Numbered from the stretch's first letter, positions 43,200-57,971 are shown. The stretch is DNA of 64,000 nt from Octopus vulgaris (GCA_951406725.2 OX597836.1:17794001-17858000), one strand, 5' to 3'. The notes: generated by a model not told the origin, from the letters alone. Numbers and translations are program-made.

Positions 43200-43367
43200 C
43201 TTTTACTTGTTTCAGTCACTTTGATTGCAGCACCACCTTTAGTCGAACAAATCGATCCTAGGACTTATTCTATCGATCACTTTTGCTGAAGTGTTAAGTT
43301 ACGGGGATGTAAACACACCAACATCGGTTGTCAAATGATGGTTGGGGACAAACACAGACACACAAAT

Positions 43368-43405
<38 letters not shown>

Positions 43406-43563
43406 GACGAGCTTCTTTCAGTTTCCGTCTACCAAATCCTCTCACAAGGCTTTGGTCGGCCTGACGCTATAGTACAAGATACTTGCCCAAGGTGCAACGT
43501 AGGGAGACTGAACCTGGAACCATGCGGTTGGGAAGCAAGTTTCTAACCACACAGCCACTCCTG
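43200..43563 (-). mobile_element. SINE family A, older copy
   Basis: Alignment to other A copies. Confidence 0.85.
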
Positions 43564-43565
43564 TT

Positions 43566-43602
<37 letters not shown>

Positions 43603-44138
43603 TCACGCACACACACACACACTCACACACTGAGATTATCCCTTCTTTCATAGATCCGGTGTGACATAAAACATTCCTTTCATAAGTCCCAAGTTAGTCT
43701 GCTGGTTTAAAAAAGATTAGGGAATGTGTGTCATATATGATACATGAACGCAAGGGATAATATGTTCTGTGTATCATAAGTGATAAACGAGACAGGCAAA
43801 GGGTTTCATGAAACTTTATGATATACCCACAAACTACGCGTCCAATACATAGAAGACCAAGGGACACACCGTATTATCTACTTCATCTCTTTCATTGAAA
43901 ACATCAAGTATAGGAGCCAAAGGAGTAACCGGTTATTGGATCCTTGATTTACTTGATATGCAAACCAACGTCCCTCATTTTATTTTAATTTTTCGAATAT
44001 ATAAAGTGGGAAAAATAGCTCTTGATCTCTTGATTTATGATATAAGCAACACGTAAATAAAAAGCCAGGATGGGCTCGGCGGCGATTGCTTTGATGTTAA
44101 GTATGACCGCTCAGTGTTGACAAGAGATTTCAACATGT

Positions 44139-44172
<34 letters not shown>

Positions 44173-45206
44173 CGTATGTAGGTATGTACGTATGTATTTA
44201 TGTATGTATGTATGTATGTATGGATGTATGTATGTATGTATGTATGTGTGTATGTATGTATGTATGTATGTATGTATGTATGTATGCATGCATGCATGCA
44301 TGTATGTATGTATGTATGTGTGTGTGTCTGTATGTATGTATGTATGTATGTATGTATGTATGTATGTATGTATGTATGTATGTATGTATGTATGTATGTG
44401 TGTTTGTATGTATGTATGTATGTATGTATGTATGTATGTACGTACGTACGTATGTATGTACGTACGTACGTATGTATGTATGCATGCATGCATGTATGTA
44501 TATATGTATGTATGTACATGTGTATGTATATTTCAATGTTTTTTTTCGCTGGAAGATATATATGGAAATTTGGGGATTGTTGTTGTGAACAACGAGGAAA
44601 ATAATATCAGATTTATTGGATCTTGTAAAAAAAAAAAAACTTCTATGAGAAAACACGAAGAGTGGGGCGGAGAGGAATCCAGAGCATTGAATACGCAGCG
44701 TATAAATGACATTCTATTCGCGTATGGGTACAGCAGGGATACATGTTGTCACCTGCTTCCTTTACTATATCCATTTATTTTGATATATGAAATATAATAT
44801 TGAAACGAATATAGTAAAATATTAGGAAAAATCAACTCCATGTATGTATGTATGTATGTACGTACGTACCTGTGTATATATGTATATACGTATATAATAG
44901 CAATTTAATAAATAAAACATATGCATACACACATACATATATGTACATACCTACATCTATATGTATATATACATGCATATATATGAGTACAGGACACCAC
45001 AAATAAACGTAGAACACAACGAGAAACGAAAACATAAAATCAAACAAGGAAACGGACCTTTTTTAACAACGAAAAAGCAGAGTACAAGACAAACAATACA
45101 AGGAAAATTCCCCTTCATCCGCTGCCCCTGTTTCGACTCAATGCGTGTTTCGAAGGTAAATATATGTGTATGTTGGTGTGAACATAAGGATATCTAATAT
45201 CTAATA

Positions 45207-45331
<125 letters not shown>

Positions 45332-45889
45332 TATGCATACGCACATAGATACACACACACATATATACATACATAATAAATATATAGAGAGAGAGACAGA
45401 CAGACAGACACACGCACATATGAAAACATTATTGTGCAGTAAGGAATGAATTTTTTAAAAAATATATTCATTATGCTTAGGAAAATAAGGACGTGATTTC
45501 AGACACGACAGAATATATGACAAAAATAAAAAAAAAGGAAAAAAGATCGATGATAATTAAATACACAGTTGAATAAAAAATAAAAGAACAGTTTGGTGAC
45601 AATAAACATCCTCGAAAACTCTCTGAAAGTCAGGAATATGAATACGATAGAGCAAGACAGCAACATCTAGGAAGCATGCCAATTCATATATCTTGGAAAT
45701 TGTATAGGTAAAAGAAAAAACAACGACGTAGATGATAACAGAGTGAGCGGACATGGCGAGAGCAAGTAATGTCTTCAAAATACCTTGACAGGATATGTTC
45801 ATCAAATATTTACTACATAAAAATAAATTGCATATCTTTTAGCTGGAATGTCATAAAAACTGTCAAACTTACTTGTGAAACCTGGTGTG

Positions 45890-46005
45890 TGAGAGAGAGA
45901 GAGAGGAGAGAAAGAGAGAGAGAGAGAAAGAAAGAGTGGTACAGAGTTAGCGGGGCGGGAAATTGTTCTGAAAGCTTTTATATAGCACTGGACGTTGATT
46001 GGAGT
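45890..46005. promoter_or_regulatory. Candidate Pol II core promoter
   Basis: (GA)n tract, GC box GGGGCGGGA 45952-60, TATA-like 45976-85, ATTGG 45998-46002; motif-only evidence. Confidence 0.25.
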
Positions 46006-46602
46006 GAATTGTGTTTATTGAAGTGAAAAGTGGTTCTTGCCTGGAACGTATATTATTTCTCTAGTAGGGTTATTATTTTGATTGTGTGAAAAGTTTTTTA
46101 AGCATTAGTTTAATATCATTTCTGTTGTTGATGCAAGCTTCATGGTTTCAGTGTCGAATCTTCTATGCGATCGTTTGACAAACCTCCTCTCTTTGAAAAA
46201 TGACATATGAGCAAAATTTCCTTGAAGGAAACTATCTCCCGAGCCACTCGTGTATACACGCATGCGCGCGTATGTTCTCTTCTATATGTGATTATTTCAA
46301 ATCTTCCTTTAATAAAGAAGCTGTTTTATAATAAACAGCAGAATCACTTGTAGTGTTAATCAATATTATTTTCTTTCCCAATAGACTAATTACAGGTAAG
46401 GTGTAAATATTTTTTTCAAAATGTGTTTATATAATTTTTAATTAATTATAATGTACTTTATTTTATTGTCTGATATAGTAGGATTTAAAATGATTATATT
46501 ATTAGATTAGTACTTTGGATATAACTTACTATGTGTACTCCAGAAAATAAGGTTGTCCTGAAATTGAAGTTGTGGTCCTACTATTGGTAAAATCCTAAAA
46601 TT

Positions 46603-46651
<49 letters not shown>

Positions 46652-46654
<3 letters not shown>

Positions 46655-46855
46655 TCTTTGTAGCCTCAAGTTTTAAAACAAACATAATTTTCGTATGGTT
46701 TTTTAGGCATTCATTAATACAACACTAAGTACAAGACCAAATATATGGCATCCTAGGCATAACACCAACATGAACTTCCAACTTGTTGTCTCTTGAGGTC
46801 TCTGGGTGAGACTTGGAGCCAACTTGTGCAAATGTAAAGCAAAAGTGAAACATAT
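46652..46855 (+). mobile_element. Probable 5'-truncated Dong-type LINE 3' UTR inside (TAA)n
   Basis: Unique 200 bp flanked on both sides by (TAA)n, like 49970-50310; class is inference. Confidence 0.5.
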
Positions 46856-46879
46856 AATAATAATAATAATTATTATTAT

Positions 46880-46926
<47 letters not shown>

Positions 46927-47025
46927 AGTTAATCCACACAAGAAAACACAGAAAAAAAACACAGCAACGCGAGGACGTGGAACAATTGAAGTATTATTTG
47001 ACGCTCGGGAAAGAAGGGAAGGAGG

Positions 47026-47060
47026 GTTTAACGTTTCGAGCGGAGCTCTTCGTCGGATAC
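47026..47060 (-). ncRNA. Minimal hammerhead motif of the Penelope type, with U4C
   Basis: Minus strand CCGACGA-A-GAGC-UCC-GCUC-GAAA-C-G-UU; downstream flank resembles the 12348 element. Confidence 0.55.
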
Positions 47061-47689
47061 AAAGGAGAAGGAAAGACAGAGGAACATTTTTTTTTTGCTG
47101 GTGGTGCTCAAGAGATCACATGTTGACGTATGTATAAATATGTATGTGTAAATGTGTTGCGTGTGTTTGTGAATTTATGAGAATTCTGTCTGCAAAATTA
47201 CTCTGATAGACTTGCTCGTCGATCACTTCACCTGATCAACGCAACGACGCTGAAATAAAACTAGCATGGCTACAAACTTAACTAAACTAACTTTCTAACG
47301 ACATGGTCGTGCCTGTTTCACTATGACTGACTGTTTATATCGTACTATGTGCAACGCTAAGTAATTTGTTTATCAGACTCTATTTCTGTCACTGGTTCTG
47401 ATCTCGCGAGTCATTTTTGGCTTACATATCAAATCAAATCACTTGTTTTCCTCTCCCAGTCGATGACCATAAAGACAAACCCCACGCCAACGCCATTATT
47501 TCGTTAATTTCTGCTGTGGAACGGCTTTGATTTCTATCTTCCGTGTTCCAACTTTCATTTCTACTTTTGCTGTTGCTTTCACCTTATCTGAACATTACCT
47601 TACTTTAAAGTCTTACCGTGTAATCAGCAACTAGATTGTGCTTCCATATTTCGTTTTATATAGGAAAATACATGCTCACATGCATGCAT

Positions 47690-47779
<90 letters not shown>

Positions 47780-47811
47780 CATACATATATATATACATAC
47801 ATACATATATG

Positions 47812-47899
<88 letters not shown>

Positions 47900-47928
47900 C
47901 ATATATATATATATACATACATACATAC

Positions 47929-47981
<53 letters not shown>

Positions 47982-48436
47982 CTCACAGATACACACACAC
48001 GCATGTACACATACACGGGCACGCACACATAGTTGTATAAGAGAGAGAGAGAAAGATTTCCCTTATGATACTCTATTCCACTAATTAGTTTATCTTTGTA
48101 TGCTTCTAACACATTTCCCCAGACCATTTGTGGTTAGCCCGTAATGATTCTTTACACACACACCAACACACACACACACACATACACACGCACACACACA
48201 ACTGGTTATCATCCCAACTTTCCTCCTCTGTAACGTATTACTTACATACTGACTTCAAGATGGAGGATCACAATAACATTGTTTACTTTCTCAAGCTGGA
48301 CGTTCTCTATTAGGTCACATGGAGTCCTACTGTTACATTGGATCATTAGTGGCTGTGTAGTAAAAAGCTTGCTTCCTAAGCAGACCACAAGAGATCCGCG
48401 AATTCCAGGTTGGGAACCACTGATCTAATATATACT

Positions 48437-48822
48437 GAATGGAAGCACTCCGTCGGTTACGACGACGAGGGTTCCGCTTGATCCGAATCAACGGAACAGC
48501 CTGCTCGTGAAATTAACGTGTAAGTGGCTGAGCACTCCACAGACACGTGTACCATTAACGTAGTCCTCGGGGATATTCAGCGTGACACAGAGAGTGACAA
48601 GGCCGGCCCTTTGAAATACAGGTACAACAGAAACAGGCAGTAAGAGTGAGAGAAAGTTGTGGTGAAAGAGTACAGGAGGGATCACCACCATCCCCTGCCG
48701 GAGCCTCGTGGAGCTTTAGGTGTTTTCGCTCAATAAACACTCACAAAGCCCGGTCTGGGAATCGAAACCGCGATCCTATGACCGCGAGTCCGCTGCCCTA
48801 ACCACTGGGCCATTGCGCCTCC
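48437..48822 (-). mobile_element. SINE family B, full length
   Basis: Flanked by a TAATATATACT duplication. Confidence 0.93.
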
Positions 48823-49329
48823 TAATATATACTACCACCTTTTTTGTTATGCATTATATGAGACAAATTTAACTGCGATTTCTAGCAGACCGTAGACCGT
48901 AGACCGCCTACCTCCTCTACTATCACCTGCTTATGTGACATATACGACCTGTTCACAGATTATTGCTGTTAACCTTGCAATATTGATGTTCGTTATCTGT
49001 TTTCAATAATTCTATCGTGACTTAACTATGCATTTTATATTTACTGGTTAGCCGTGTGGCAGAGACATTGCTGATGGCTTGGTTCGTTTGTTGTTCCATG
49101 TTCAGGTCCCTTCATCGATTTTATTTCCAATCATTTCCACTTTTAGATTATTGTCATATTTGAAATTTCTACTTTTACAAATTTCAACTTTCAAATCTCT
49201 CTCCTATGAACGTCTAATCGCGTCCTTTTTGGCGTAGTTTCCCTTTTACTTCATCTTTCCTTGGTCATTGTTCTATACATATATTTGAAGAAATCCTATG
49301 TACACTAGTATACCTAGAGTCTGTGCCGC

Positions 49330-49874
49330 CCAGAGACACGATTTTGATTTGAAGTCTTTCAATATAATGTCTGGCCTATTCACATCTATCTTTCTGTCAG
49401 CTTGAATGGTGAAGTTCCAGAGGAGTGAGATGAGATTATTTTCAAGCACTGAAGGTGGTGTGTGTTCCCACCAGTCTTTATCATGGAGCAAATCCAGTTT
49501 TCTGCAAATTACCAGGGTGCTGCTCTATCATGCCGGTGGAAATACTCTGTAGGCGCAAGAAGACTACACATGGAGACAACATGTTTGTATTTGTCAGCTT
49601 CCTTAAATACTGAGAACAGTTTTTTTGTTTTGCTCGTGTTTTGCGGATTTTTGTATCAGTTTTCCTTGCTTCTGAAGTAGATATTTTTGCAGTCCTATGG
49701 TGGTTATTTTATAACAGTTTTTTAGCTACATAAGCCCTCTACCACCTTCTATACGTTGGATATATAGTCTTTCTATGTCAGATTTTTGGGTGGTGCATCC
49801 TCGATCCTGTCATTATTTTTCTTGTTTTCCTGTCTATTTTAGTTCATGTTGTGTCCAGTTAAGGCTATTGTAGC

Positions 49875-49878
<4 letters not shown>
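49330..49878 (-). mobile_element. R4/Dong LINE fragment (post-RT region joined to endonuclease region)
   Basis: KIDRKTRKIMT..MHHPK..RLYI; WWEHTP..LLWNFTIQADRKIDVNRPDIIL. Confidence 0.85.
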
Positions 49879-49940
<62 letters not shown>

Positions 49941-49969
49941 TTTATCATTTTTATCATTATTATTATTAT

Positions 49970-50308
49970 TCAGTAGTTTTATTTTTATAGCGTGCTTTCA
50001 CTTCACTACCGAGCGCAGCTCTGTGTGCCTTGGGTATGTGCTGTGATTTGTTGTGATGCTCTGATGGTTATTGTATGGAAAGTGTTCTGCGTAGGATGTG
50101 TGCAGTGCCTAGTAGTGCAATTTTCTGTATGTTATATGTGTTTGTAAGTCCTGGTGTTTTTGTTATGTATTTGTCTGAATATTTTTTTATCATGCCTAAT
50201 GCACCTACTATGATAGGAATTGTTTCTGTTTTTAGATTCCACATTCTGGTTACCTCCATTTCCAGGTCTTTGTATTTTGAAAGTTTCTCCATTTCTTTTA
50301 GAGACACG

Positions 50309-50310
<2 letters not shown>
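49970..50310 (-). mobile_element. R4/Dong LINE 3' end inserted in (TAA)n
   Basis: SLKEMEKLSKYKDLEMEVTRMW..IPIIVGALG..IQKIALLGTAHILRR plus 3' UTR; (TTA)n on both sides. Confidence 0.92.
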
Positions 50311-50370
<60 letters not shown>

Positions 50371-50759
50371 AATATTTCATGCTCGAACTGTTGTCTTGAG
50401 TTTGGTGACAACAAAACCCCTTAAATATCCTACATCTTTCTTAGGCTTCATGCAGACTGCAGGATTGTACAAATTTTCTGAAGGCCGACAATTCCAATCT
50501 CAGTTCTAATATGTCCGCTACTTCTTCGGTAACAGGTTCGATATTGCGCCAAGTGCAACAGTTACCCAAGGCATAATTGTCGTCTTCGTCTTCCACAGTC
50601 TCTTCATCCATCCCGCGAGCTCCAAATATCAATTTTGTTTCCACTTTCTTTGATATCCGCTCTGTCATGTGACACTGCAAACCTGAAGACTTTATAGTTT
50701 CTTCTTATCACTTATTGTTGTCTCCCCTTACTTCATCCTTTCTTATAAATCTATCAGAT

Positions 50760-51065
50760 TTCACGAAGTTAGAAAACAATTTACGTGAATATTCGTATTA
50801 GCTTTCCATTATTTTCTTTATTAGATATTACTGTAATCTTACAGTAGACATTTTATAATAATTGTTTTCCAGGTTATTAAGGCTCCGACATTTCTCTACG
50901 CTTAAATATAATTTTTCTGCGACGAATGGTGTATTCTAAATGCAATCTCTTTCCTGTTTCTTTTAAGCTATCTTTTCCAGTCTAATTCCTTCAGCGTCCA
51001 TTTGACAGAATCCTATAACCATAACATTACTTTGACAGCTGGAGTATTGGTGCCCATTACTTTCA

Positions 51066-51096
<31 letters not shown>

Positions 51097-51600
51097 CTTC
51101 TTCTTCTTCTTCTTCTTCTTCTTCTTCTTCTTCTTCTTCTTCTTCTTCTTCTTCTTCTTCTTCTTCTTCTTCTTCTTCTCCTCCTTCTTCTTCATCATCA
51201 TTGTCTTCTTTTTCTTCTCCTTCCTAATCTAATGCCAACGTAACGTTTCTTTCTCATCCTTTCATTCATATATGTCTGATGTGTGTATGTATCTTCGTAC
51301 ATTTCCAAGCATTTTAAAGTCTGTTAAGCCTGTGTTTAGTCTAATTCTCTTATCTCTATTTCTATAAAGACCATGGCATTAGTTGGTCTTTATTAAATTT
51401 CCTTTCTTCGAGGTTGATTTGTTTCCATTCTCACATCAATTCCTCTGCTACATTCCTGCGCTGTCTGTGACAAACAATCCAAGTAGCTCTCCTCTATTCT
51501 GTATAACTTGAGGTCGTTGTCCATATAAAAATACATGGCTGATTACCCTTCCAGCCCACTTGTTAGATTTAATATGTCAATATATCCAGCCTGATTAGTT
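50760..51600 (-). mobile_element. Old R4/Dong RT-region remnant split by (TTC)n
   Basis: ISHVFYMD.DLKLY; KWTLKEL..LENNYYK. Confidence 0.6.
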
Positions 51601-51728
51601 AAAAACGTTAACGCCTGGCATGAAGAGATGTTGGAATATCTATCTTTGAATAGGGACGGAATTGGGAAATAGTTATTGACACAAGTTCAAAACAGTGGAC
51701 TAAAGAAATCTGTTTATTCGAAGAAAGT

Positions 51729-52330
51729 GATACATTTGAAAGAGTCACAAAGAAGCGAGGAGGGAGAGAGACGAGAAACGAAAAGGAAGAAAAGAAGAAA
51801 GAAGAAAAAAATGGATGAGGAGGGGACGATGGGCCACACAACCCAGAACAAGTGAGGTACTCAGCTGCGCCGCGGGTAATGACCACGATGTGGATACATT
51901 TGTAAGAGTCACAAATAAGCGGGAATGGAGAGAGACGAGAAAAGAAAAGGAAGAAAAGAAGAAAAAAGTGAAGGGAGCAAAGCAGTGGCAGATGGATTGG
52001 GAGGGGACGATGGGTCACATAACCCAGAACAAGTGGGGTAGTCAGCTGCGCCTCGGGGTAATGACCACGATGGTGTTGCCGCGGAGAATGGCTAGTGGCA
52101 CCCGCTGCAGCAATCACTCTACCTCGCGGGGCGTATTTCTCTGACACGCCGCCGTTATCCCTATTTTCGTAAGAAATCGGTCGTACAGGGTCCTAGAACA
52201 CCTGTTCTCTCGATGGCAACCGGCACAAACTGATAGCGGCCGGCCAGCTTCCTGTATTTATTGAGTTTTCTCTCCTCTGAATTACGGGCGGCGGCACCAG
52301 GGTCAACATATGGTTTCCTTCCCGTTCTTC
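51729..52330 (-). mobile_element. CRE-clade LINE 3' end with a tandemly duplicated terminus
   Basis: PGAAARNSEERKLNKY..YQFVPVAIERTGVLGP..LLQRVPLAILRGN; repeats 51729-51890 and 51893-52072. Confidence 0.8.
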
Positions 52331-52532
52331 ACTTGTATAAGGTTTGCGTAACATATATTCCCGATAGGTTTAAAAACCTGCTTTGAACGCTGCAACTTTA
52401 TACATGCGTATTGCCTCTAAGTTTGATAAGTGGGAAACTGGAAAGTGAGACTTCTCAAGCATGCTAGCGTACGCGAATCTCTGGGGGTACGCAAATCTCT
52501 GGGGGTATGCAAAAGAAAAACAAAAATCACAC

Positions 52533-52607
<75 letters not shown>

Positions 52608-52611
<4 letters not shown>

Positions 52612-52730
52612 GGCTACAATAGCCCTAACTGGACACTAAATGAACTAACTAAAATAGACAGGAAAACAAGAAAAATAACGACAGGATCTAGGATGCACCA
52701 CCCAAAAATCTGACATAGAAAGGCTAGATA
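52608..52730 (+). mobile_element. R4/Dong fragment starting at (TAA)n
   Basis: Inverted near-copy of 49770-49878. Confidence 0.8.
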
Positions 52731-53046
52731 ATCTGAGATTTAAAGTAATAAGAAGCAACTACTATATAATCTGAGATTTAAAGTAATAAGCTACATTTCA
52801 ATGGTGTATTCTCAGATTCTGTAAAGAGTAGCTGCTTTTATTATGTTTTCTTTCTCTTCCTTCTTTTGACATCGGGCTTCAACTACCCTTTCCAGTATGT
52901 AACGTGTCCTGTTAAAGGTCACCACTTTTTGTGTATAAATACATTGAATTGTATCTACACTATTTTATATGAGAACATGTTGTCTATTGACTTTATTACG
53001 CATACTGGCCACCAGTATGAAAATCTCTCTAAATTTTCTACCCTTA

Positions 53047-53159
<113 letters not shown>

Positions 53160-53579
53160 CTCTTTACTCTTTTACTCTTTTACTTGTTTCAGTCATTTGA
53201 CTGCGGCCATGCTGGAGCACCGCCTTTAGTTGAGCTAATCGACCCCGGGACTTATTCTTTGTAAGCCCAGTAGTTATTCTATCGGTCTCTTTTGCCGAAC
53301 CGCTAGGTGACGCGGACGCAAACACACCAGCATCGGTTATCAAGCAATGCTAGGGGGACAAACACAGTCACACAAACATATACACACACACTTATATATA
53401 TATATATACATATATACGACAGGCTTCTTTCAGTTTCCGTCTACCAAATCCACTCACAAGGCATTGATCGGCTCGGGGCTATAGCAGAAGACACTTGCCC
53501 AAGATGCCACGCAGTGGGACTGAACCGGGAACCATGTGGTTGGTTAGCAAGCTACTTACCACACAGCCACTCCTGCGCC
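53160..53579 (-). mobile_element. SINE family A, full length
   Basis: Reverse complement of 13216-13640. Confidence 0.93.
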
Positions 53580-53958
53580 TGTGTATTTATATATATATAA
53601 ATACACATACGCATATCCTGGTAATTTTGCTGCTGTGTTATCTGTCCGTCGTTAGAGAGAAATCGTGAATACCTTTAAATAATAACAATGCAGTCAAGAA
53701 CAACAGTGAATCCATCACATGCCCCATAAAAGCTAAAGAGGCGGAGCAATAACGTTACGTAACAGCAACATCACCAACAACACTAATAACTACAACGACA
53801 AAAAAGCAACACATAATATCACCATGATCATCGACTCCACCAACACCACCACCATCATCATCGTCATCATCATCATCATAAACATCATAACCACCACCAC
53901 CACCATCATCATCATTATCATCATCATCATCATCATCATCATCGTCATCGTCATCATT

Positions 53959-53996
<38 letters not shown>

Positions 53997-54317
53997 TATC
54001 ATTATCATTATCATCATCATCATCATCATTATCATCATCATCATCATCATTATCATCATCATCATCATCATTATCATCATCGTCATCATCATTATCATCA
54101 TCATCATCACCTCTACCATCATCATCGATATCATCATCATTATCATCATCATCATCATCATTATCATCATCATCATCATCATTATCATCATCGTCATCAT
54201 CATTATCATCATCATCATCACCTCTACCACCACCACCATCACCATCACCATCATCATCATCATCATCACCACCACAACCACCACTACCACCACCACCACA
54301 CCACCACCACCACCACC

Positions 54318-54348
<31 letters not shown>

Positions 54349-54572
54349 GCAGCATCGATTTACCAATATCAACAACAACAACAACAATAACAACCAGGAC
54401 AACAACAACAGTGCTTAGCTTTGCAATCAAACTGACTGACATGTATTCTTTATGATTTTGTCATGTGATCGATATATTATCGATAATTCAGCTTTTTTTT
54501 TTAAAATCGCGATTTACTTATTTAGTTATTCATTTTTTTTGTTTTTCATTTATTTTTGTTTCATTTATTTGC

Positions 54573-54616
<44 letters not shown>

Positions 54617-54619
54617 TTA

Positions 54620-54836
54620 AGGCGGTGAGCTGGCAGAATCGTTAGCACGGTGGATGAAATGATTATCGGTATTTTCTACCCGTCACTACGTTCTAAGGTC
54701 AAATTCCGCCGAGGTCGACTTTGCCTTTCATCCTTTCGTGGTCGATAAAGTAAGTACCAGTATTTCATGGGAGTCGATGTAAACGACACATCCTCTTCCC
54801 CCAAATTGCTGCCCTTGCGTCAAAATTTGAAACCAT
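54620..54836 (+). mobile_element. SINE family C
   Basis: GGCGGTGAGCTGGCAGAATCGTTAG head; GACTTTGCCTTTCATCCTTTCG.GGTCGATAAA.TAAGTACCAG central domain. Confidence 0.85.
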
Positions 54837-55039
54837 TATTGTTGTTGTTGTTGCTCGTCTATCGACACGTGTTGCCCATCACTCCTGCAAGTTTGCTGCT
54901 ATTTTAATTGCTGCACATTGTTAGACATTGTACATTTGTTATCGTTACATAAATAAATTAACCATGATCTTATGGAGCTGATTAGTTGTTCTCCATTTGT
55001 AGGTCTTGGGGGCTATTTTGGTGTCTTTTTAAATTTTAT

Positions 55040-55560
55040 TTTGCCCCAAAAAAGCTTCTCACGGTGGCCGGTTTTGGTCTCGTTTTCCGTAGCTGCAATG
55101 TACAGGGATATGTACACAGTAGTTCCGGTGAACCATTCAAATTCATGCGTTCTGTCAGTCAAGGGTGTTCGCTCTCGTCCCTTCTGTATGCACTGGCTCT
55201 TGAGCCTTACTGCAGAAATTGGTTGCGTTGAGACACATCCCGCGCGAGCTAGGATACTAGGATACGGCAAAACCGAGTCACCATACGCAGACACGTCAGT
55301 GTTATAATGTCGAACTGCAGGTCAGCATGGCTTTAAAAGAATACAAGGCGTTGACAGGAGAAAAATTAACCAACAAAAGTCGGAGGGCCTGCAGCTCGTC
55401 ACCTGGAGAGGCAGGTCCATGCCGTTCAATCGCGTCGTGGGACGCTGGACAGAGGGACCAGTTAAATTGCTCGGGGTCTGATTTGGTCCAGATCTCTAGG
55501 TGGAGAAGAACAGGGACGAGGTGACGAGGTGACAATCTCACCCAGAAATGGGTCACATTT
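55040..55560 (+). mobile_element. Tx1/L1-clade LINE RT remnant
   Basis: AGFG..AAMY..RSVSQGCSLSSLLYALALEP..PYAD..KLLGV.FGPDL. Confidence 0.8.
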
Positions 55561-55831
55561 TTGTGGGGCTTCCACGAGCAGCCCTTGGAAGCCTCCGCCT
55601 TTTGAGGATTTATTGAGGAATTTTTGTTATCATCTTTTTACGCGATCAAATCTCACTCATTCTGTGCTGTGTTTTCCTGTGCTATCTTGATTTTTTATTT
55701 AAAAAAACCCTCAGTAGTGAATAAAAAATATCATCATCATCATCATCGTGATCATCATTTTTGTTTATTATTATTATTATTTCCATTATTAATAACGTTA
55801 TTATTATTATCATCATTATTATTATTATTAC

Positions 55832-55962
<131 letters not shown>

Positions 55963-55970
55963 GTTAATAC

Positions 55971-56006
<36 letters not shown>

Positions 56007-56040
56007 TGTTAATACTATTATTATTATTATTATTATTATG

Positions 56041-56073
<33 letters not shown>

Positions 56074-56126
56074 GTTAGTATCATTATCATTTTTATTATT
56101 ATTATTATTATTATTTGTATTATTAA

Positions 56127-56157
<31 letters not shown>

Positions 56158-56736
56158 CATTATTATTATCATTATTATTATTATCATTATCATTAGTATT
56201 ATTATTATTATTGTTGTTGTTGCTGTTGTTGTTGTTGTTATTGTTGTTTGTTTTAAAAAAACAGGTATTCACCTCCTTCATTCACCACCACCAGCACCAC
56301 TACTACCACCGCCACTACGACACAACCACCACCGTTAACACCAGCAGCAGCACCGGCACCACCAGCGCCACCCACACCACCGGCACCAAAACCACCGCCG
56401 CCACCACCACCGCCATCACCAGTCCTTCTATCCGATATTCTCCTCATAACAAGCAACGCACAACTCATTGACTTTATGCAGTCTTAATTGCGTTTATAAA
56501 TAATGGCAAATCACTTGACTACATTTTATGACATTGAGAGCCGCCGCTGGGCTTCAGCTTGTTCTGAGGTAGATCTGCAGGGTGATGTATGCATGTGTGT
56601 GTATGCATGTGTGTGTGTGTGTGCTGTGCATGTCTCTACGTCTGTATCTGTGTGTGCGTGAATTAATTGGGTAGCAAACAGAGTCTGTGTATGTATGTGT
56701 TTATGCGTGCGATGTTTAAGTTTGTGCATGTGTGTG

Positions 56737-56781
<45 letters not shown>

Positions 56782-56990
56782 TTTTCCGTGTGTCTGAGTG
56801 CGTGTATTATTATTGTGTCTGTCTTAATGTGTGTATGGGAACGAAGTAGGTTGTAGAGGGGTGAATGTGCGTGTATGCGGGAGGGGTAGTGCGTGCGTGC
56901 GTGTGTGTGAGTGTGTTTGTGATCTTGCATGTGAGTAACCTGGCTGGTAGATAGACGTGTATGTACAAATGCGTGTATTTGTGTGTGCGT

Positions 56991-57031
<41 letters not shown>

Positions 57032-57165
57032 TGTGTGTGTGAGTCGTGTGTAGCTCTATATGTGTGTATGTAAATTAATTAGGTGATAGTCAAATGTGTA
57101 TGTATGTTTGTATGTGTGTATGAGCATGGATGCGCGAGTGAGCTGGGTGTTGGAAAGACGTATCA

Positions 57166-57197
<32 letters not shown>

Positions 57198-57699
57198 TTG
57201 TGTTTTTGTGTCTAGGTGAGTGCGTACGTTTCGTGTGTGTGTGTGTGTTGTGCGTTGTGTGCATATCTAGGTGCGTGTTTATATGTGTGTCTGTGTGTGT
57301 GTATTTGTAGTGGGAAAGGTCGTGTTTCCCAGACAAAATTTTCAGCCAAATAAAAAAGAAATATGAGAAGCCACAACAAACAAGAACAACAACAACAACA
57401 ACAGCAACAACAACAGCAACAACAACAACAACAAAAGCAGATGCAGCAATAACAATAATAATCACCACAGAAACAAAAATCGCAGCAGCAATATCATCAG
57501 CATCAACATCAATCGTAGCAACAACAGCAAGACCGTCAACAATAACAACAAAAAGTTGCAGCGACAATATTAACAACAACACAAATACCAGGAACAGTAA
57601 AGGCAGTAATTATCTGTCTGGTACTATTTTTGTGACCGACCTCGACAGAATGATGCTCATGATGATGCCGCTCATACTAATAAAATTCCACCCCTGCTA

Positions 57700-57915
57700 T
57701 AGGCACAAGGCCTGATTTATTGAAAAAAAAAAATTTTTTTTCGTGGGTGTGGGCAGATTAGTCGACTACGTAGACCCTTGTACTTGACTAGCACTTGTTT
57801 AATTGTCCTCGAAACGATTACGGACAAAGTCGACCTCGGCGGAATTTGAACTCAGATCATAAAGACGCTAAGAATTTTGCCTGGTGTGCTGAAGATTCTA
57901 CCTGCTCACCACCTC
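57700..57915 (-). mobile_element. Degenerate SINE family C
   Basis: AAAGTCGACCTCGGCGGAATTTGAACTCAG. Confidence 0.75.
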
Positions 57916-57940
57916 AATAATAATAATAATGATAATGATG

Positions 57941-57971
<31 letters not shown>

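Noticed and set aside
44990-45160. Hammerhead-like CGGAUGA and GAAAC on the minus strand
   Set aside because: Element order and stems do not fit a hammerhead; at most a decayed terminal repeat
45570-45800. Possible RTE-like LINE remnant
   Set aside because: Only faint motif similarity (YLG..ARASNVF); too decayed to support
48393-48422. hAT/Charlie-like terminus GGTTGGGAACCACTG (and GGGGGTACGC repeats at 52480-52512)
   Set aside because: Isolated short ends with no partner TIR or TSD visible
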